Below are positions 38,750 to 47,036 of a DNA stretch of 64,000 nt, in pieces; positions within the stretch are counted from its first letter, which is position 1, and every line of letters starts with the position of its first letter. Both the position numbers and the translations under genes were made by a program. The notes under the pieces are model-generated. The model ran no database searches. It saw only the letters and a program-made list of their open reading frames with translations, and was not told the origin of the DNA. The stretch comes from a virus: IMG/VR virus record IMGVR_UViG_3300037483_000361, positions 32,881 to 96,880 of that record, one strand, 5' to 3'.

Positions 38750-38765
38750 ATGATTCTCCTAAAAT

Positions 38766-39047
38766 CTAAATTGGGAAAATGCGTTCGCCGCCCAGTATGC
38801 TACGATCTGGCGTGCGTTCAACTTCCTTCTTCCATTCTTGCCACTTCTTGTATTCTTCAGGATTCTCGGTGAGCCACTTGAAGTGTCGCTCCGGGGTCCT
38901 GAGTCGAGCACACAATTCAGAACAAAATCTCCCGCCACCATATATCTCTGGTGCTCGTTGATCGACGATGATTGGATGGTCACAGCACTCACACTTTCTC
39001 GGCGAGGCTCGCTGCGACCCTATGAAATAATTATTGGGCTGGAACAT
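38766..39047 (-). CDS. Zn-finger hypothetical protein
   Basis: CECC..FCS..C. Confidence 0.55.
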   Translation of the reverse strand: MFQPNNYFIGSQRASPRKCECCDHPIIVDQRAPEIYGGGRFCSELCARLRTPERHFKWLTENPEEYKKWQEWKKEVERTPDRSILGGERIFPI

Positions 39048-39492
39048 TTCTTACAATCCATCTTTGCTGCTTAGCAGTTTCTCGTTTATGACAATTGGCA
39101 CATAATACATCACACTTCTCCATCTCTCTAACTATTGACTCTTTCCAAACATCTTCCTTAGTAGTATTGAATGCCGCCAGTCTAGCCACCGAATCTATTT
39201 TGTCTTCTTTATTCTTATGGTGAAAATCTAAAACTATGCGATCTTTTTCTCCACATAAAACACACTGCTTATGGGTGAGTAGTTCGTACACAAATCGCTG
39301 TCTCAAATTACGATATTTTGTAGCCGAATCTATTTCTTGCTGTCGATGTTCAATATACCATTTACGCCTATACTTACTACGACACTCTTTACACTGTGAG
39401 TCCATCCATAAACGATTTTTTCTATGATAAAGTTTCCTAATTCTAAACTCTAGTTCGTCCTTTTCACAGAGACATTTTTTACATAATTTCAT
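39031..39492 (-). CDS. HNH homing endonuclease
   Basis: CVLCG, LDFHH, CDVLCANCH; low GC. Confidence 0.8.
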   Translation of the reverse strand: MKLCKKCLCEKDELEFRIRKLYHRKNRLWMDSQCKECRSKYRRKWYIEHRQQEIDSATKYRNLRQRFVYELLTHKQCVLCGEKDRIVLDFHHKNKEDKIDSVARLAAFNTTKEDVWKESIVREMEKCDVLCANCHKRETAKQQRWIVRNVPAQ

Positions 39493-39552
39493 AAGCGTTC
39501 CTCCAATAATACATATTAAAGAACGCTCCGAAAACAATATGTTTGGAACATA

Positions 39553-39640
39553 TGGCAGTAGAAGGAATCGAACCTTCCGCGCCCACTTAAGGGTCCTGAT
39601 CTACAGTCAGGTGCAACCAACCAATAGTTGCCTCACTGCC
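39553..39640 (-). tRNA. tRNA-Tyr(GTA)
   Basis: long variable arm, loop CTGTAGA. Confidence 0.85.
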
Positions 39641-39709
39641 CTGCGTGAGTCACGCCAGACGGTAAACGTCCAGCCACCCACTCTCTACCTCTGCGAGTAG
39701 AGCTCTCGC

Positions 39710-39913
39710 TTAGCGAGTTTTGATTCGCTTGGTGCGAACCGAAATCCAATACACATACGCCTCGTGCTCAGTCATACCATTGCAACGAACGAGATTGCGA
39801 ACCTTGTGCTTCTCCAATCGTCGTTCCGCCCAATATCGAGCGTGAGAGAGGCTTCGAGCTTGACGCCCATGTTTGCGGTTCTTCTTGCCCCCGCGATGGA
39901 CTTTCTCGGCCAT
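39710..39913 (-). CDS. small basic protein (GGKKNRKHGR)
   Basis: GGAGG SD. Confidence 0.65.
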   Translation of the reverse strand: MAEKVHRGGKKNRKHGRQARSLSHARYWAERRLEKHKVRNLVRCNGMTEHEAYVYWISVRTKRIKTR

Positions 39914-39962
39914 GACATTTCCTCCCGGTTAGGGACTAAATACTTGTCATGGTCGTGCTCCT
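39908..39962 (-). promoter_or_regulatory. mini-uORF MTSI* in hairpin occluding downstream start
   Basis: AGGAG-ATG ACA AGT ATT TAG; CCATGACA/TGTCATGG pairs both ATGs. Confidence 0.55.
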
Positions 39963-39985
39963 TGGATTGAGGTTTATACTTCTAG

Positions 39986-40066
39986 TGTTCCTACCGGGAG
40001 TCGAACCCGGATGCCCGAAGGCCTACGTTCTCAACGTAGTGTGTATGCCCATTCCACCATAGGAAC
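39986..40066 (-). tRNA. tRNA-Leu(GAG), long variable arm
   Basis: loop TTGAGAA. Confidence 0.88.
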
Positions 40067-40070
40067 TTAA

Positions 40071-40145
40071 TGCGAACGGAGGGATTCGAACCCACACTGT
40101 TTAGGCCCTCGACCTAACGCCTCCTGCCAATTGGGCTACATTCGC
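40071..40145 (-). tRNA. tRNA-Leu(GAG), short variable loop
   Basis: loop TCGAGGG (C33). Confidence 0.8.
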
Positions 40146-40150
40146 AATTA

Positions 40151-40222
40151 CTGCTCCACTGCGACTCGAACGCAGATTTCAAGTTTCAGAGACTTGTGTC
40201 CTTGCCATTGGACGATAGAGCA
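40151..40222 (-). tRNA. tRNA-Gln(CTG)
   Basis: loop CTCTGAA. Confidence 0.88.
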
Positions 40223-40560
40223 CTGTAACTTCGCTCGCGGTGACAGTTAGCACACACAACATCACATTTAACCACTTCATCTTTCAGCCGCTTCCAACCA
40301 GAGTTAACTAGATTTCCTACCTCTGTCTCCTTGAGAGAAGGGTCACGATGATCGAAATCAAGTTGATAATATCGGTACTTCTTTTCACAATCTTGACAAC
40401 CACGTTGCTCTTTATATTCAATTAACCACTGTCGTTTTGCACGACGAATTCGGTTGTTTCGTTCTCGGTAATATTGCTTATTTCTCTGGTAGTGCGATTG
40501 ACATTCCGTTCTATGTCGTATCTTCGATGCTTCGCTATTTCGATCTGATCGTTTATTCAT
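40186..40560 (-). CDS. HNH homing endonuclease
   Basis: CQDC, LDFDH, CDVVCANCH. Confidence 0.8.
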   Translation of the reverse strand: MNKRSDRNSEASKIRHRTECQSHYQRNKQYYRERNNRIRRAKRQWLIEYKEQRGCQDCEKKYRYYQLDFDHRDPSLKETEVGNLVNSGWKRLKDEVVKCDVVCANCHRERSYSALSSNGKDTSL

Positions 40561-40585
40561 AACTGCGTATTTTGACTTCAGTGAA

Positions 40586-40752
40586 GGTTGGTGTTCCCGA
40601 CATTACGACCCTCATAGACTATTGCGCTCATCACGCAAGGCAGTCGGGACACGGCGGAATAAGTGTGTCTCCCAATACCTCAATTGGCTTTATCGGTAAA
40701 GGGATGAAGCTATGAGCTCCTCTAGAGCGAAGCCAATCGCTCAACACCAACC
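40586..40752 (-). ncRNA. unnamed pseudoknot-capable RNA
   Basis: GGTTGGTGTT/AACACCAACC termini; CTCATAG/CTATGAG cross-pairing. Confidence 0.45.
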
Positions 40753-40753
40753 A

Positions 40754-40827
40754 AGCAACGAGTCAGATTCGAACTGACGAATATAGGTTTTGCAAACCTA
40801 CCCCTTAAGCCGCTTGGGTATCGTTGC
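40754..40827 (-). tRNA. tRNA-Cys(GCA)
   Basis: U73, loop TTGCAAA. Confidence 0.9.
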
Positions 40828-41047
40828 GAATGTTCCGTCTCTCTTTCTATCTGCTACGCTTACAGAACGGGAAGGTAGCTCTTAAGCCCGAAAGAGTGAG
40901 GCCCTAGTCATAATCACGGCCGTACGTCAGACTAGGAATTGAGTACGAGCCATTTCATAACGTGGCGGGGTCTGCCGACCCTCTTAGAAACGGAGGGCGG
41001 CAGCCACATCCGATCCTATCCCGACACCAAATACGAGACCACAATAA

Positions 41048-41121
41048 TGCCACCGGTGGGATTCGAACCCACAAGACTATCGGTTAAGAGCCGATTGCTT
41101 TCCCGGATAAGCTTCGGAGGC
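41048..41121 (-). tRNA. tRNA-Lys(CTT)
   Basis: loop CTCTTAA. Confidence 0.88.
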
Positions 41122-41129
41122 GTATACTA

Positions 41130-41158
41130 AATATACCTAATATTTCCTATTTTGTCAA
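41130..41158 (-). promoter_or_regulatory. sigma70-type promoter
   Basis: TTGACA-17-TATATT. Confidence 0.75.
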
Positions 41159-41190
41159 CCCCCAATAAGTTGTTGATATTACATACGTTA

Positions 41191-41424
41191 TCAATCGTGG
41201 CCGTTCTTTTTCTTTTCACAAACAAGATTGCCATGATGATCACGATGCGATCTACACACCAACGTATCGGTCACGGTTACAGTTATCGTGTCATGGACAG
41301 TGACCGTATCACGACAAAATGTCACTTCTGTAATCGCAGTCGCTGATTTTTCACATGCTGTGGTGGCAATGAGGGCCATCGTATAAACAACTAATGCTAC
41401 CACTGCCCCTGCCCCTAATTTCAT
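41191..41424 (-). CDS. small lipoprotein
   Basis: signal peptide ending ATTAC. Confidence 0.6.
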   Translation of the reverse strand: MKLGAGAVVALVVYTMALIATTACEKSATAITEVTFCRDTVTVHDTITVTVTDTLVCRSHRDHHGNLVCEKKKNGHD

Positions 41425-41425
41425 A

Positions 41426-41611
41426 TTATCCTCCCTTTACTGCTTTGATAATTTGAACGGCTTTGTCTGCAAAACTGGATAGCATGTCGGGGTCTAACTG
41501 TCCCCACAATAAGCCGCCGCCCACAATTACAATGAGCCAAAACCACCACTGTTTTAAAAGACCAAAAATACCTTCAACAAGCGCTGTGCCAATACTCTTC
41601 TCTTCGGACAT
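41426..41611 (-). CDS. small single-TM protein (holin-like)
   Basis: one TM. Confidence 0.5.
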   Translation of the reverse strand: MSEEKSIGTALVEGIFGLLKQWWFWLIVIVGGGLLWGQLDPDMLSSFADKAVQIIKAVKGG

Positions 41612-41614
41612 TCA

Positions 41615-42238
41615 TTAGAACCTCAAAGTGAAAATGCTCAACATAGACCTTGATTGCCGAAAGGACGATTGCTCATAACCTACGTAAACTCTTGAAGTAG
41701 CAGAATTCTCTCCGAGAATCCACCCCGTACCAAACCCTGCTGCAAATCCGGCGGTCGCCCATAACCCCTTACCCCACTCTGGTTCCAATACCGAACGAGA
41801 CTTCGTGACAAAATGGGTCACCGTGTCATAGAGTATGACCGTATCCCTTACAAATCGTTCGGGCCCAAGAACCATAACCGTATCGCGAACAACCATCGGA
41901 CCCATTACTAGCACACTATCCAACTGCTTTTGCGTTGCCGTAAGCGTGACCAATGCGGTGTCCAACGATGCATGGGTCTTGCGCGCGGCCCGCTGCGTTG
42001 TACCAAGATGCGACCGCAGTGTCTTTATTGTATCGCCACATGCCACGGCCTGCGTATATGCAACAACAAGCAAATGCTTGTATACGGCTGTGCTATCGGT
42101 CTGCGATTGTAACTGCTGCGTAAGTGCCGTGTTGGCCTTGCGTGCACCCATCCATTCACCGAACAACGTGCCTGTAGCGGCAAGTAGTAACACAACCACT
42201 ACAGCCGCTCGTATACGTGTTTTTGTAGATTGATTCAT
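41615..42238 (-). CDS. membrane-anchored coiled-coil protein (spanin-like)
   Basis: N-terminal TM, coiled coil, Gly-rich C-terminal TM. Confidence 0.5.
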   Translation of the reverse strand: MNQSTKTRIRAAVVVVLLLAATGTLFGEWMGARKANTALTQQLQSQTDSTAVYKHLLVVAYTQAVACGDTIKTLRSHLGTTQRAARKTHASLDTALVTLTATQKQLDSVLVMGPMVVRDTVMVLGPERFVRDTVILYDTVTHFVTKSRSVLEPEWGKGLWATAGFAAGFGTGWILGENSATSRVYVGYEQSSFRQSRSMLSIFTLRF

Positions 42239-42293
42239 ATGAAGCGTTCTCTGTTAAATATAAAAACGGCGGAGAAAAGAGCGAATTCTCTAA

Positions 42294-42368
42294 TACCCCG
42301 CCAGGGACTTGAACCCTGAACCTATCGCTTAAGAGGCGATTGCTCTAAACCAGTTGAGCTAGCGAGGC
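42294..42368 (-). tRNA. tRNA-Lys(CTT)
   Basis: loop CTCTTAA. Confidence 0.9.
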
Positions 42369-42376
42369 GAGAGTGA

Positions 42377-42447
42377 TGGGACGCCAGGGTATTGAACCCT
42401 GTTCTGCGAGTTAAAAGCTCGCTGCATCACCTTAATGCTTGCGACCC
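42377..42447 (-). tRNA. tRNA-Lys(TTT)
   Basis: loop CTTTTAA. Confidence 0.85.
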
Positions 42448-42494
42448 GTATAAACACGGAAACTAACGAGTCGTTTTCGTTTGATTTGCGTCAT
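42432..42494 (-). CDS. 20-aa uORF MTQIKRKRLVSFRVYTGRKH ending inside tRNA-Lys(TTT)
   Basis: GAGAGG SD; stop in D loop. Confidence 0.4.
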   Translation of the reverse strand: MTQIKRKRLVSFRVYTGRKH

Positions 42495-42615
42495 ACGGGT
42501 CCTCTCGATCTAGCAGTTGAATAAATTTGCGACTTTTTGGTAATGTTGCCATCTTGACGATAACACGAAGTATCTTGCGTGACCACTCTCGATCACGGAA
42601 CATCTCATCGTTCAT
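42463..42615 (-). CDS. 50-aa hypothetical protein
   Basis: AAAGG SD, MNDEMFRD.. Confidence 0.45.
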   Translation of the reverse strand: MNDEMFRDREWSRKILRVIVKMATLPKSRKFIQLLDREDPYDANQTKTTR

Positions 42616-42633
42616 GAGGCAACCTTTCTATAG

Positions 42634-42708
42634 AGCGAACAGCGGGATTTGAACCCGCGACATTCTGCTTGGCAAGCAGACATTCTAACCGGGCTGAATT
42701 ATGTTCGC
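42634..42708 (-). tRNA. tRNA-Gly(GCC)
   Basis: loop TTGCCAA. Confidence 0.88.
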
Positions 42709-42718
42709 TTGTAACCTA

Positions 42719-43180
42719 CTAATTTCGGCGTCTTGACGGCGGCGCTTGTCGTGCCGGCGGAGACTGCCGTGGGGCTGGCCGCTGAGGCGTTGCTTGCGGT
42801 GCCGGACGACGATCTCGCGGTGCTGCGCGTGGCGCCGGTCGCTCCTGCGGTCGTTCTCGTGGCTGAACCGCTGGCGGTGCATCGTGCTGCCGAATCACAT
42901 AACGATTCGGCGGTGCTGCCCGATGAATTTCTCTTGGGTGTACCGGGTAATCGTACCGCGGATAGTAATACCCGTGATAATAGTACACCGGATAATACAT
43001 ATCGCGGTAGTAATACATCGGCCTGTAGTGCCAATCCCGACCCCAACTTGTGTAGACCCACACCACGGACACCGACACCGGTGCATAGTATGGTTCCACA
43101 TATGCTACTTCGTATTGCGATGCCGGGATACAACTCGACATCAACAATGCCGCAACAACCAAACCAAGAATTCTCTTCAT
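42719..43180 (-). CDS. lipoprotein, Tyr-rich then Pro/Arg-rich
   Basis: lipobox MSSC, GAGG SD. Confidence 0.65.
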   Translation of the reverse strand: MKRILGLVVAALLMSSCIPASQYEVAYVEPYYAPVSVSVVWVYTSWGRDWHYRPMYYYRDMYYPVYYYHGYYYPRYDYPVHPREIHRAAPPNRYVIRQHDAPPAVQPRERPQERPAPRAAPRDRRPAPQATPQRPAPRQSPPARQAPPSRRRN

Positions 43181-43216
43181 AGGAATACCTCTTGGTGAAA
43201 ACACAGCAGCCTGGAG

Positions 43217-43290
43217 AGCGTCTTACCAGACTCGAACTGGTACCATGACTTTGGAAGAGTCACATGCTAACCATTGAACACCAAAGACGC
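43217..43290 (-). tRNA. tRNA-Gly(TCC)
   Basis: loop CTTCCAA. Confidence 0.88.
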
Positions 43291-43292
43291 AA

Positions 43293-43381
43293 ATGGACGT
43301 AGTTTTGAAATACCGTTTTGACCCACGGCTCAACGGGGTTTCCTGCAAGACAAATCTGAAAGCCGGCGTTTCTACGTCCAT
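43293..43381 (-). ncRNA. unnamed stem-closed RNA
   Basis: 10-bp ATGGACGTAG/CTACGTCCAT termini. Confidence 0.35.
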
Positions 43382-43433
43382 ACCCCTTCATTATAATGAA
43401 TCATGAGGCGCTTATTGCCAGCCGATTTGTCAA

Positions 43434-43514
43434 TACCCTTGGAGGGATTCGAACCCTCACTCCTTGCGGAACCAGCTCCTAAGGCTGGCGTGTCTGCCAT
43501 TCCACCACAAAGGC
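43434..43514 (-). tRNA. tRNA-Leu(TAG)
   Basis: long variable arm, loop CTTAGGA. Confidence 0.9.
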
Positions 43515-43602
43515 AAATGAAGTAGTTTTGATCACGCAGGTCATACTTCAAACTGCGGCCTTTCGGCTATGTCTACATCTATAAGTAGTCCCTAAAACTA
43601 AA

Positions 43603-44091
43603 TTACACCCGTCTGCGGATGTCAACTTTGTCATTCCACTTACGGTCGAGCATGGCGTTCGGTAAAGAGGTCAGTCGATATTTTGCCATCACTAAACTTC
43701 GGCCCATTGTCGTAACCATTTGCTCGTCCCACGTTTCCCGCGTCTGTTCTAGTTCGCCACTATCATCGCCGACGTGCTGAATAAGGCGGTCAGTCATAGA
43801 ATTAAGAGACCATGTTACACAGTGACAAAGTTCATGAACAACGAGTTCTTCAACATCAAAGTCGCACGTAATTTCGTCAAATATATTGAGAATGTAGAAG
43901 TTAAGTTCGGCCTTGAAATACTTAGGGTCAGCCCAACAGGTTGCTACATTTGCCTCACGCCAAAACGTTGTCTTGATCTGCCAATGACCTAACCCCAAAA
44001 GGGGCTGCCAGTCTTTCTTCAATTCTAGTATTGCTAGTTTGGCAGTGCTACGATCTTGAATCCACCGTTTACTTTTGAGTATTCGATTCAT
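43603..44091 (-). CDS. HExxH metallopeptidase-like protein
   Basis: LVVHELCH. Confidence 0.6.
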   Translation of the reverse strand: MNRILKSKRWIQDRSTAKLAILELKKDWQPLLGLGHWQIKTTFWREANVATCWADPKYFKAELNFYILNIFDEITCDFDVEELVVHELCHCVTWSLNSMTDRLIQHVGDDSGELEQTRETWDEQMVTTMGRSLVMAKYRLTSLPNAMLDRKWNDKVDIRRRV

Positions 44092-44109
44092 ATCTCCCTC
44101 ACGAAACTA

Positions 44110-44182
44110 TAGCCCCAAGGAGAATTGAACTCCTGTTTCCGGCTTGAAAGGCCAGCGTCCTAGTCCACTAGACGACGGGGCT
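44110..44182 (-). tRNA. tRNA-Glu(TTC)
   Basis: loop CTTTCAA. Confidence 0.88.
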
Positions 44183-44221
44183 GAATTGCCGCCCCGGGTG
44201 GAGCGACAATGTGTTTCGTGC

Positions 44222-44497
44222 TTAGTTCTGCGGGCGGTATGTCCACACGCAAATTCGGCGCGCCTTAGCTTCGGGACGCTTCGATGAAGCGGTGCGGTCG
44301 ATCCCAAACGGACCATTCTGCAAAACCGTCTGGATGACGCTCAGCCGATTACCACGGTAGTCACGCTGATCCAAGAGGGTGTGAATGTCGTCAGCAGTGA
44401 TGCCATATGACGAACGACGCAACGTTCTAGATACTAAACTATCACGAATCTCGCGGAGCATGGCTCTGCGATTCGTATTTTCTACTTGTTCAAACAT
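44222..44497 (-). CDS. hypothetical protein
   Basis: GGAGG SD. Confidence 0.6.
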   Translation of the reverse strand: MFEQVENTNRRAMLREIRDSLVSRTLRRSSYGITADDIHTLLDQRDYRGNRLSVIQTVLQNGPFGIDRTASSKRPEAKARRICVWTYRPQN

Positions 44498-44539
44498 ACA
44501 ATAACCTCCAAAATTATGAAACCTTCTCCCACAGTGGGA

Positions 44540-44610
44540 TGGAGACTAAGGGAGTCGAACCCTTGATCCTTCCGTGCAAAGGAAGAGTTATCCCATTTAA
44601 CTAAGCCCCC
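44540..44610 (-). tRNA. tRNA-Ala(TGC)
   Basis: G3:U70, loop TTTGCAC. Confidence 0.88.
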
Positions 44611-44627
44611 ATTAAAGGCAACGCAGT

Positions 44628-44656
44628 AATTTACTGCTAATCTTGGAAGTTGTCAA
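44628..44656 (-). promoter_or_regulatory. sigma70-type promoter
   Basis: TTGACA-17-TAAATT. Confidence 0.75.
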
Positions 44657-44697
44657 GTCCCGCCATAGAATCTATTTGTAATGCTATGTCGGTATTT

Positions 44698-44955
44698 TCA
44701 AATCCTGACGGGCTTACGTGTAAACTCGTCAAAGTGAAGGGACACGGCCGGAATCAACTGGTCAATAGTATCATCAGCTTTCTGCCCAAGCTTGATGCGA
44801 GGGTCTTGTAGAAAAGCCGCCAGAAACGTCGGCGTATCCGTTCCCGATGGAAGCAACTTTTCAATCCGATCCAATCGCACCTTGATCCAAGGTTTGCCAT
44901 AACGGCGGCGATTCTGAATCATCGCCTTGATTACATCGTCAATGAGGGTTTTCAT
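44698..44955 (-). CDS. hypothetical protein
   Basis: ORF. Confidence 0.55.
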   Translation of the reverse strand: MKTLIDDVIKAMIQNRRRYGKPWIKVRLDRIEKLLPSGTDTPTFLAAFLQDPRIKLGQKADDTIDQLIPAVSLHFDEFTRKPVRI

Positions 44956-45373
44956 GATGAAACTTCTCCACAGCCTTCAAGGCTCTCAATAACCAGTTGT
45001 CATTCTTGTGTGAGTCCAGCGTTGCATCGTAGAACGGAACCACAAATGCTCCATGTCCACTCTTCTGAACATGTGCAACCAGCGCCTCCATGTCATCGAT
45101 ATAAAACTTCGGCGACTCTTGTATCACCGGCGGTTCTGACTTGTCTGCATATCCGAAAACATACTGATCGAGATTGACTTGTGCATTAAGTGCATACGTC
45201 AAATGAGTCGAAACCATGTTGATCTTGCATTCAGCGTATTGAGCTCCGCCGGCGGACCATATAATGATCTGATACCCTGCGGCATAGAGCCGTTGAAGTA
45301 GCTCGATAACATGCGGTCGCGGGTTATCGTTTTGGTCGATGAGCGTTCCATCGACATCTATGAACACGAACAC
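44939..45373 (-). CDS. HAD-superfamily phosphatase
   Basis: FIDVDGTL, IWSAGG, YIDD; GTG start after tRNA. Confidence 0.8.
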   Translation of the reverse strand: MFVFIDVDGTLIDQNDNPRPHVIELLQRLYAAGYQIIIWSAGGAQYAECKINMVSTHLTYALNAQVNLDQYVFGYADKSEPPVIQESPKFYIDDMEALVAHVQKSGHGAFVVPFYDATLDSHKNDNWLLRALKAVEKFHHENPH

Positions 45374-45390
45374 AATTGAACCTTTCGTAA

Positions 45391-45463
45391 TAGCCCATAG
45401 GGGAATTGAACCCCTCTTTTCAGATTGAGAATCTGATGTCCTGAACCGATAGACGAATGAGCC
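45391..45463 (-). tRNA. tRNA-Glu(CTC)
   Basis: loop TTCTCAA. Confidence 0.9.
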
Positions 45464-45464
45464 G

Positions 45465-45790
45465 AGGATGTGGCCCCACACCGCGCGTGCGAACTTATCG
45501 GAAGGTACCGAACGAAATACCTTCACCACTAGAGTTACGGCCTTACGACCGTCATTAGGTTCTACCTAGGAGCGTGGTATTTTGTACTTCCCCACAGCAC
45601 CGATGGTGGCCCACTGTCGGAGATTCTCTGTCCATTCCTGTGGGAACATTGGACAGGCTACTCCGTAGGCGACCGTCGCTTTCCACGATGCTAGATAGAA
45701 CCAAGATGGCGGGAGTCCAGCCGTCAGACTGTTCAGGGCTTGCAGGACTCGAACCCACATGTTGCCATTTGACGGACCCTTAACTCCCAT
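45465..45790 (-). ncRNA. unnamed multi-domain RNA with a T-loop hairpin
   Basis: GTGGG-TTCGAGT-CCTGC; 12-bp GGTTCTATCTAG/CTAGGTAGAACC. Confidence 0.45.
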
Positions 45791-45796
45791 AACAAG

Positions 45797-45870
45797 TCGG
45801 GCGGAATGGTGATGGCCCATTATAGCCGGCTCTCATGGCCGGAGTCCTCACTCCTTAGACGACTGCCCGA
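45797..45870 (-). pseudogene. tRNA-like cloverleaf with aberrant T loop (GCCATCA) and anticodon loop CATGAGA
   Basis: Glu/Asp-type D arm, four stems. Confidence 0.5.
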
Positions 45871-45872
45871 TA

Positions 45873-45947
45873 TAGCCCCGCGGGGTGTCGATCCCCGTTC
45901 TCCACCTTGAAAGAGTGGCATCCTAGCCAAACGTAGACGATGGGGCC
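45873..45947 (-). tRNA. tRNA-Glu(TTC)
   Basis: loop CTTTCAA. Confidence 0.85.
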
Positions 45948-46570
45948 AAACATGCTGGTATACGTATTTTATTAGACATTTGCATCTCAATATTAGACCC
46001 AACCGCCTTCAATTTCAATGGGTCATTTTCATTGAGATAGAACTTTCCTTTAATCTCAACCCAATAATCGTGTTCTGGTAGGTAAAAATCGGGCCAATAC
46101 TTCCTTGACTTTCCATATTTGTCTCGGTATGGAAAAAACTTCGTAGTATTCTTCTCCCACCGTATTCCATGCAAATCCATCAGCTCGGCAAACGTTCTTT
46201 CTGCACCGCAATCCATCCAAGACCCTTTGTAGAAACTTCGAATCTTTCTAGTAGAGTTGGGCCTGTATCCGCCTTGGCCCGGACGTTTTCGGGCGCATGC
46301 ATCCGAACAATATTTCCTATGACGTTTCCAATACAAAACCATAAACTCTACATTGCAAGTTGGGCATATTTTGGATACAACTGGATTAGATGTTTTGTGG
46401 TAGATTGCTCCCCCCACTTTATAACCTGCCATTCGGCTGGATAGTCTACTCTTATGGCGCGCAGACCACGTTCTACTATTAGCACATGACCGAGAACAAA
46501 ATCGACCACTACTATATTTTCCACAAGGTGCTGAAATCTCTATACCACATTTTTCACACTTCATTGACAA
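45923..46570 (-). CDS. Zn-finger + PD-(D/E)XK endonuclease (homing-type)
   Basis: FCSRSC, YCS..C, YWPDFYL..WVEIKG. Confidence 0.75.
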   Translation of the reverse strand: MSMKCEKCGIEISAPCGKYSSGRFCSRSCANSRTWSARHKSRLSSRMAGYKVGGAIYHKTSNPVVSKICPTCNVEFMVLYWKRHRKYCSDACARKRPGQGGYRPNSTRKIRSFYKGSWMDCGAERTFAELMDLHGIRWEKNTTKFFPYRDKYGKSRKYWPDFYLPEHDYWVEIKGKFYLNENDPLKLKAVGSNIEMQMSNKIRIPACLAPSSTFG

Positions 46571-46624
46571 ATCCTCCTACTAAATAAGTAGTCGAACCCT
46601 TGTCTAAAAGCGTGATTTTCTACA

Positions 46625-46698
46625 CGGGTCGTAGGGGAATCGAACCCCTCTGGTGTCCTCCGTGACAGGGAGGCGGCCGGCCTTTGGCCCAACGACCC
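46625..46698 (-). tRNA. tRNA-Asp(GTC)
   Basis: G73, loop CTGTCAC. Confidence 0.85.
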
Positions 46699-46776
46699 AA
46701 CTTGGCGGGGAAGGATGTCAGTTCATCCTCCGAAGAAAATCAGGCGCTCGCCAGAACGCTTCCCCAAGTTTTACTA

Positions 46777-46849
46777 CGGAACCACGGGGAATTGAACCCC
46801 AATCCCCTACGTGACGAGCAGGTATCCTAAACCATTGAACGATGGTTCC
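46777..46849 (-). tRNA. tRNA-Asp(GTC)
   Basis: G73, loop TCGTCAC (C33). Confidence 0.88.
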
Positions 46850-46850
46850 A

Positions 46851-46933
46851 GTAAGGGAGTGTCCTTCCAGTTAGACGACCGTTCCTCGAAAGAAACGGGG
46901 TAGACTCGAACCACCATCTCCCCCCGCATTTAC
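46851..46933 (-). ncRNA. circularly permuted tRNA-like RNA (T arm - UUCG-capped acceptor - D arm)
   Basis: GGTGG-TTCGAGT-CTACC, CCGTTTCT-TTCG-AGGAACGG, TCGTCTAACTGGAAGGAC. Confidence 0.7.
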
Positions 46934-47036
46934 CCCTATGTGAGCTCCACCGAATTGCTTCGGCTTGTAGGCGTGAGCAGGTAGACTTTCCATTAACGCC
47001 TCGTTGTATTGATCCTCACACTAACCATGATGTGAA

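Noticed and set aside
40615-40645. Hammerhead ribozyme core
   Set aside because: The sequence is GTGATGAG, not CTGATGA, and no matching GAAA segment is positioned correctly.
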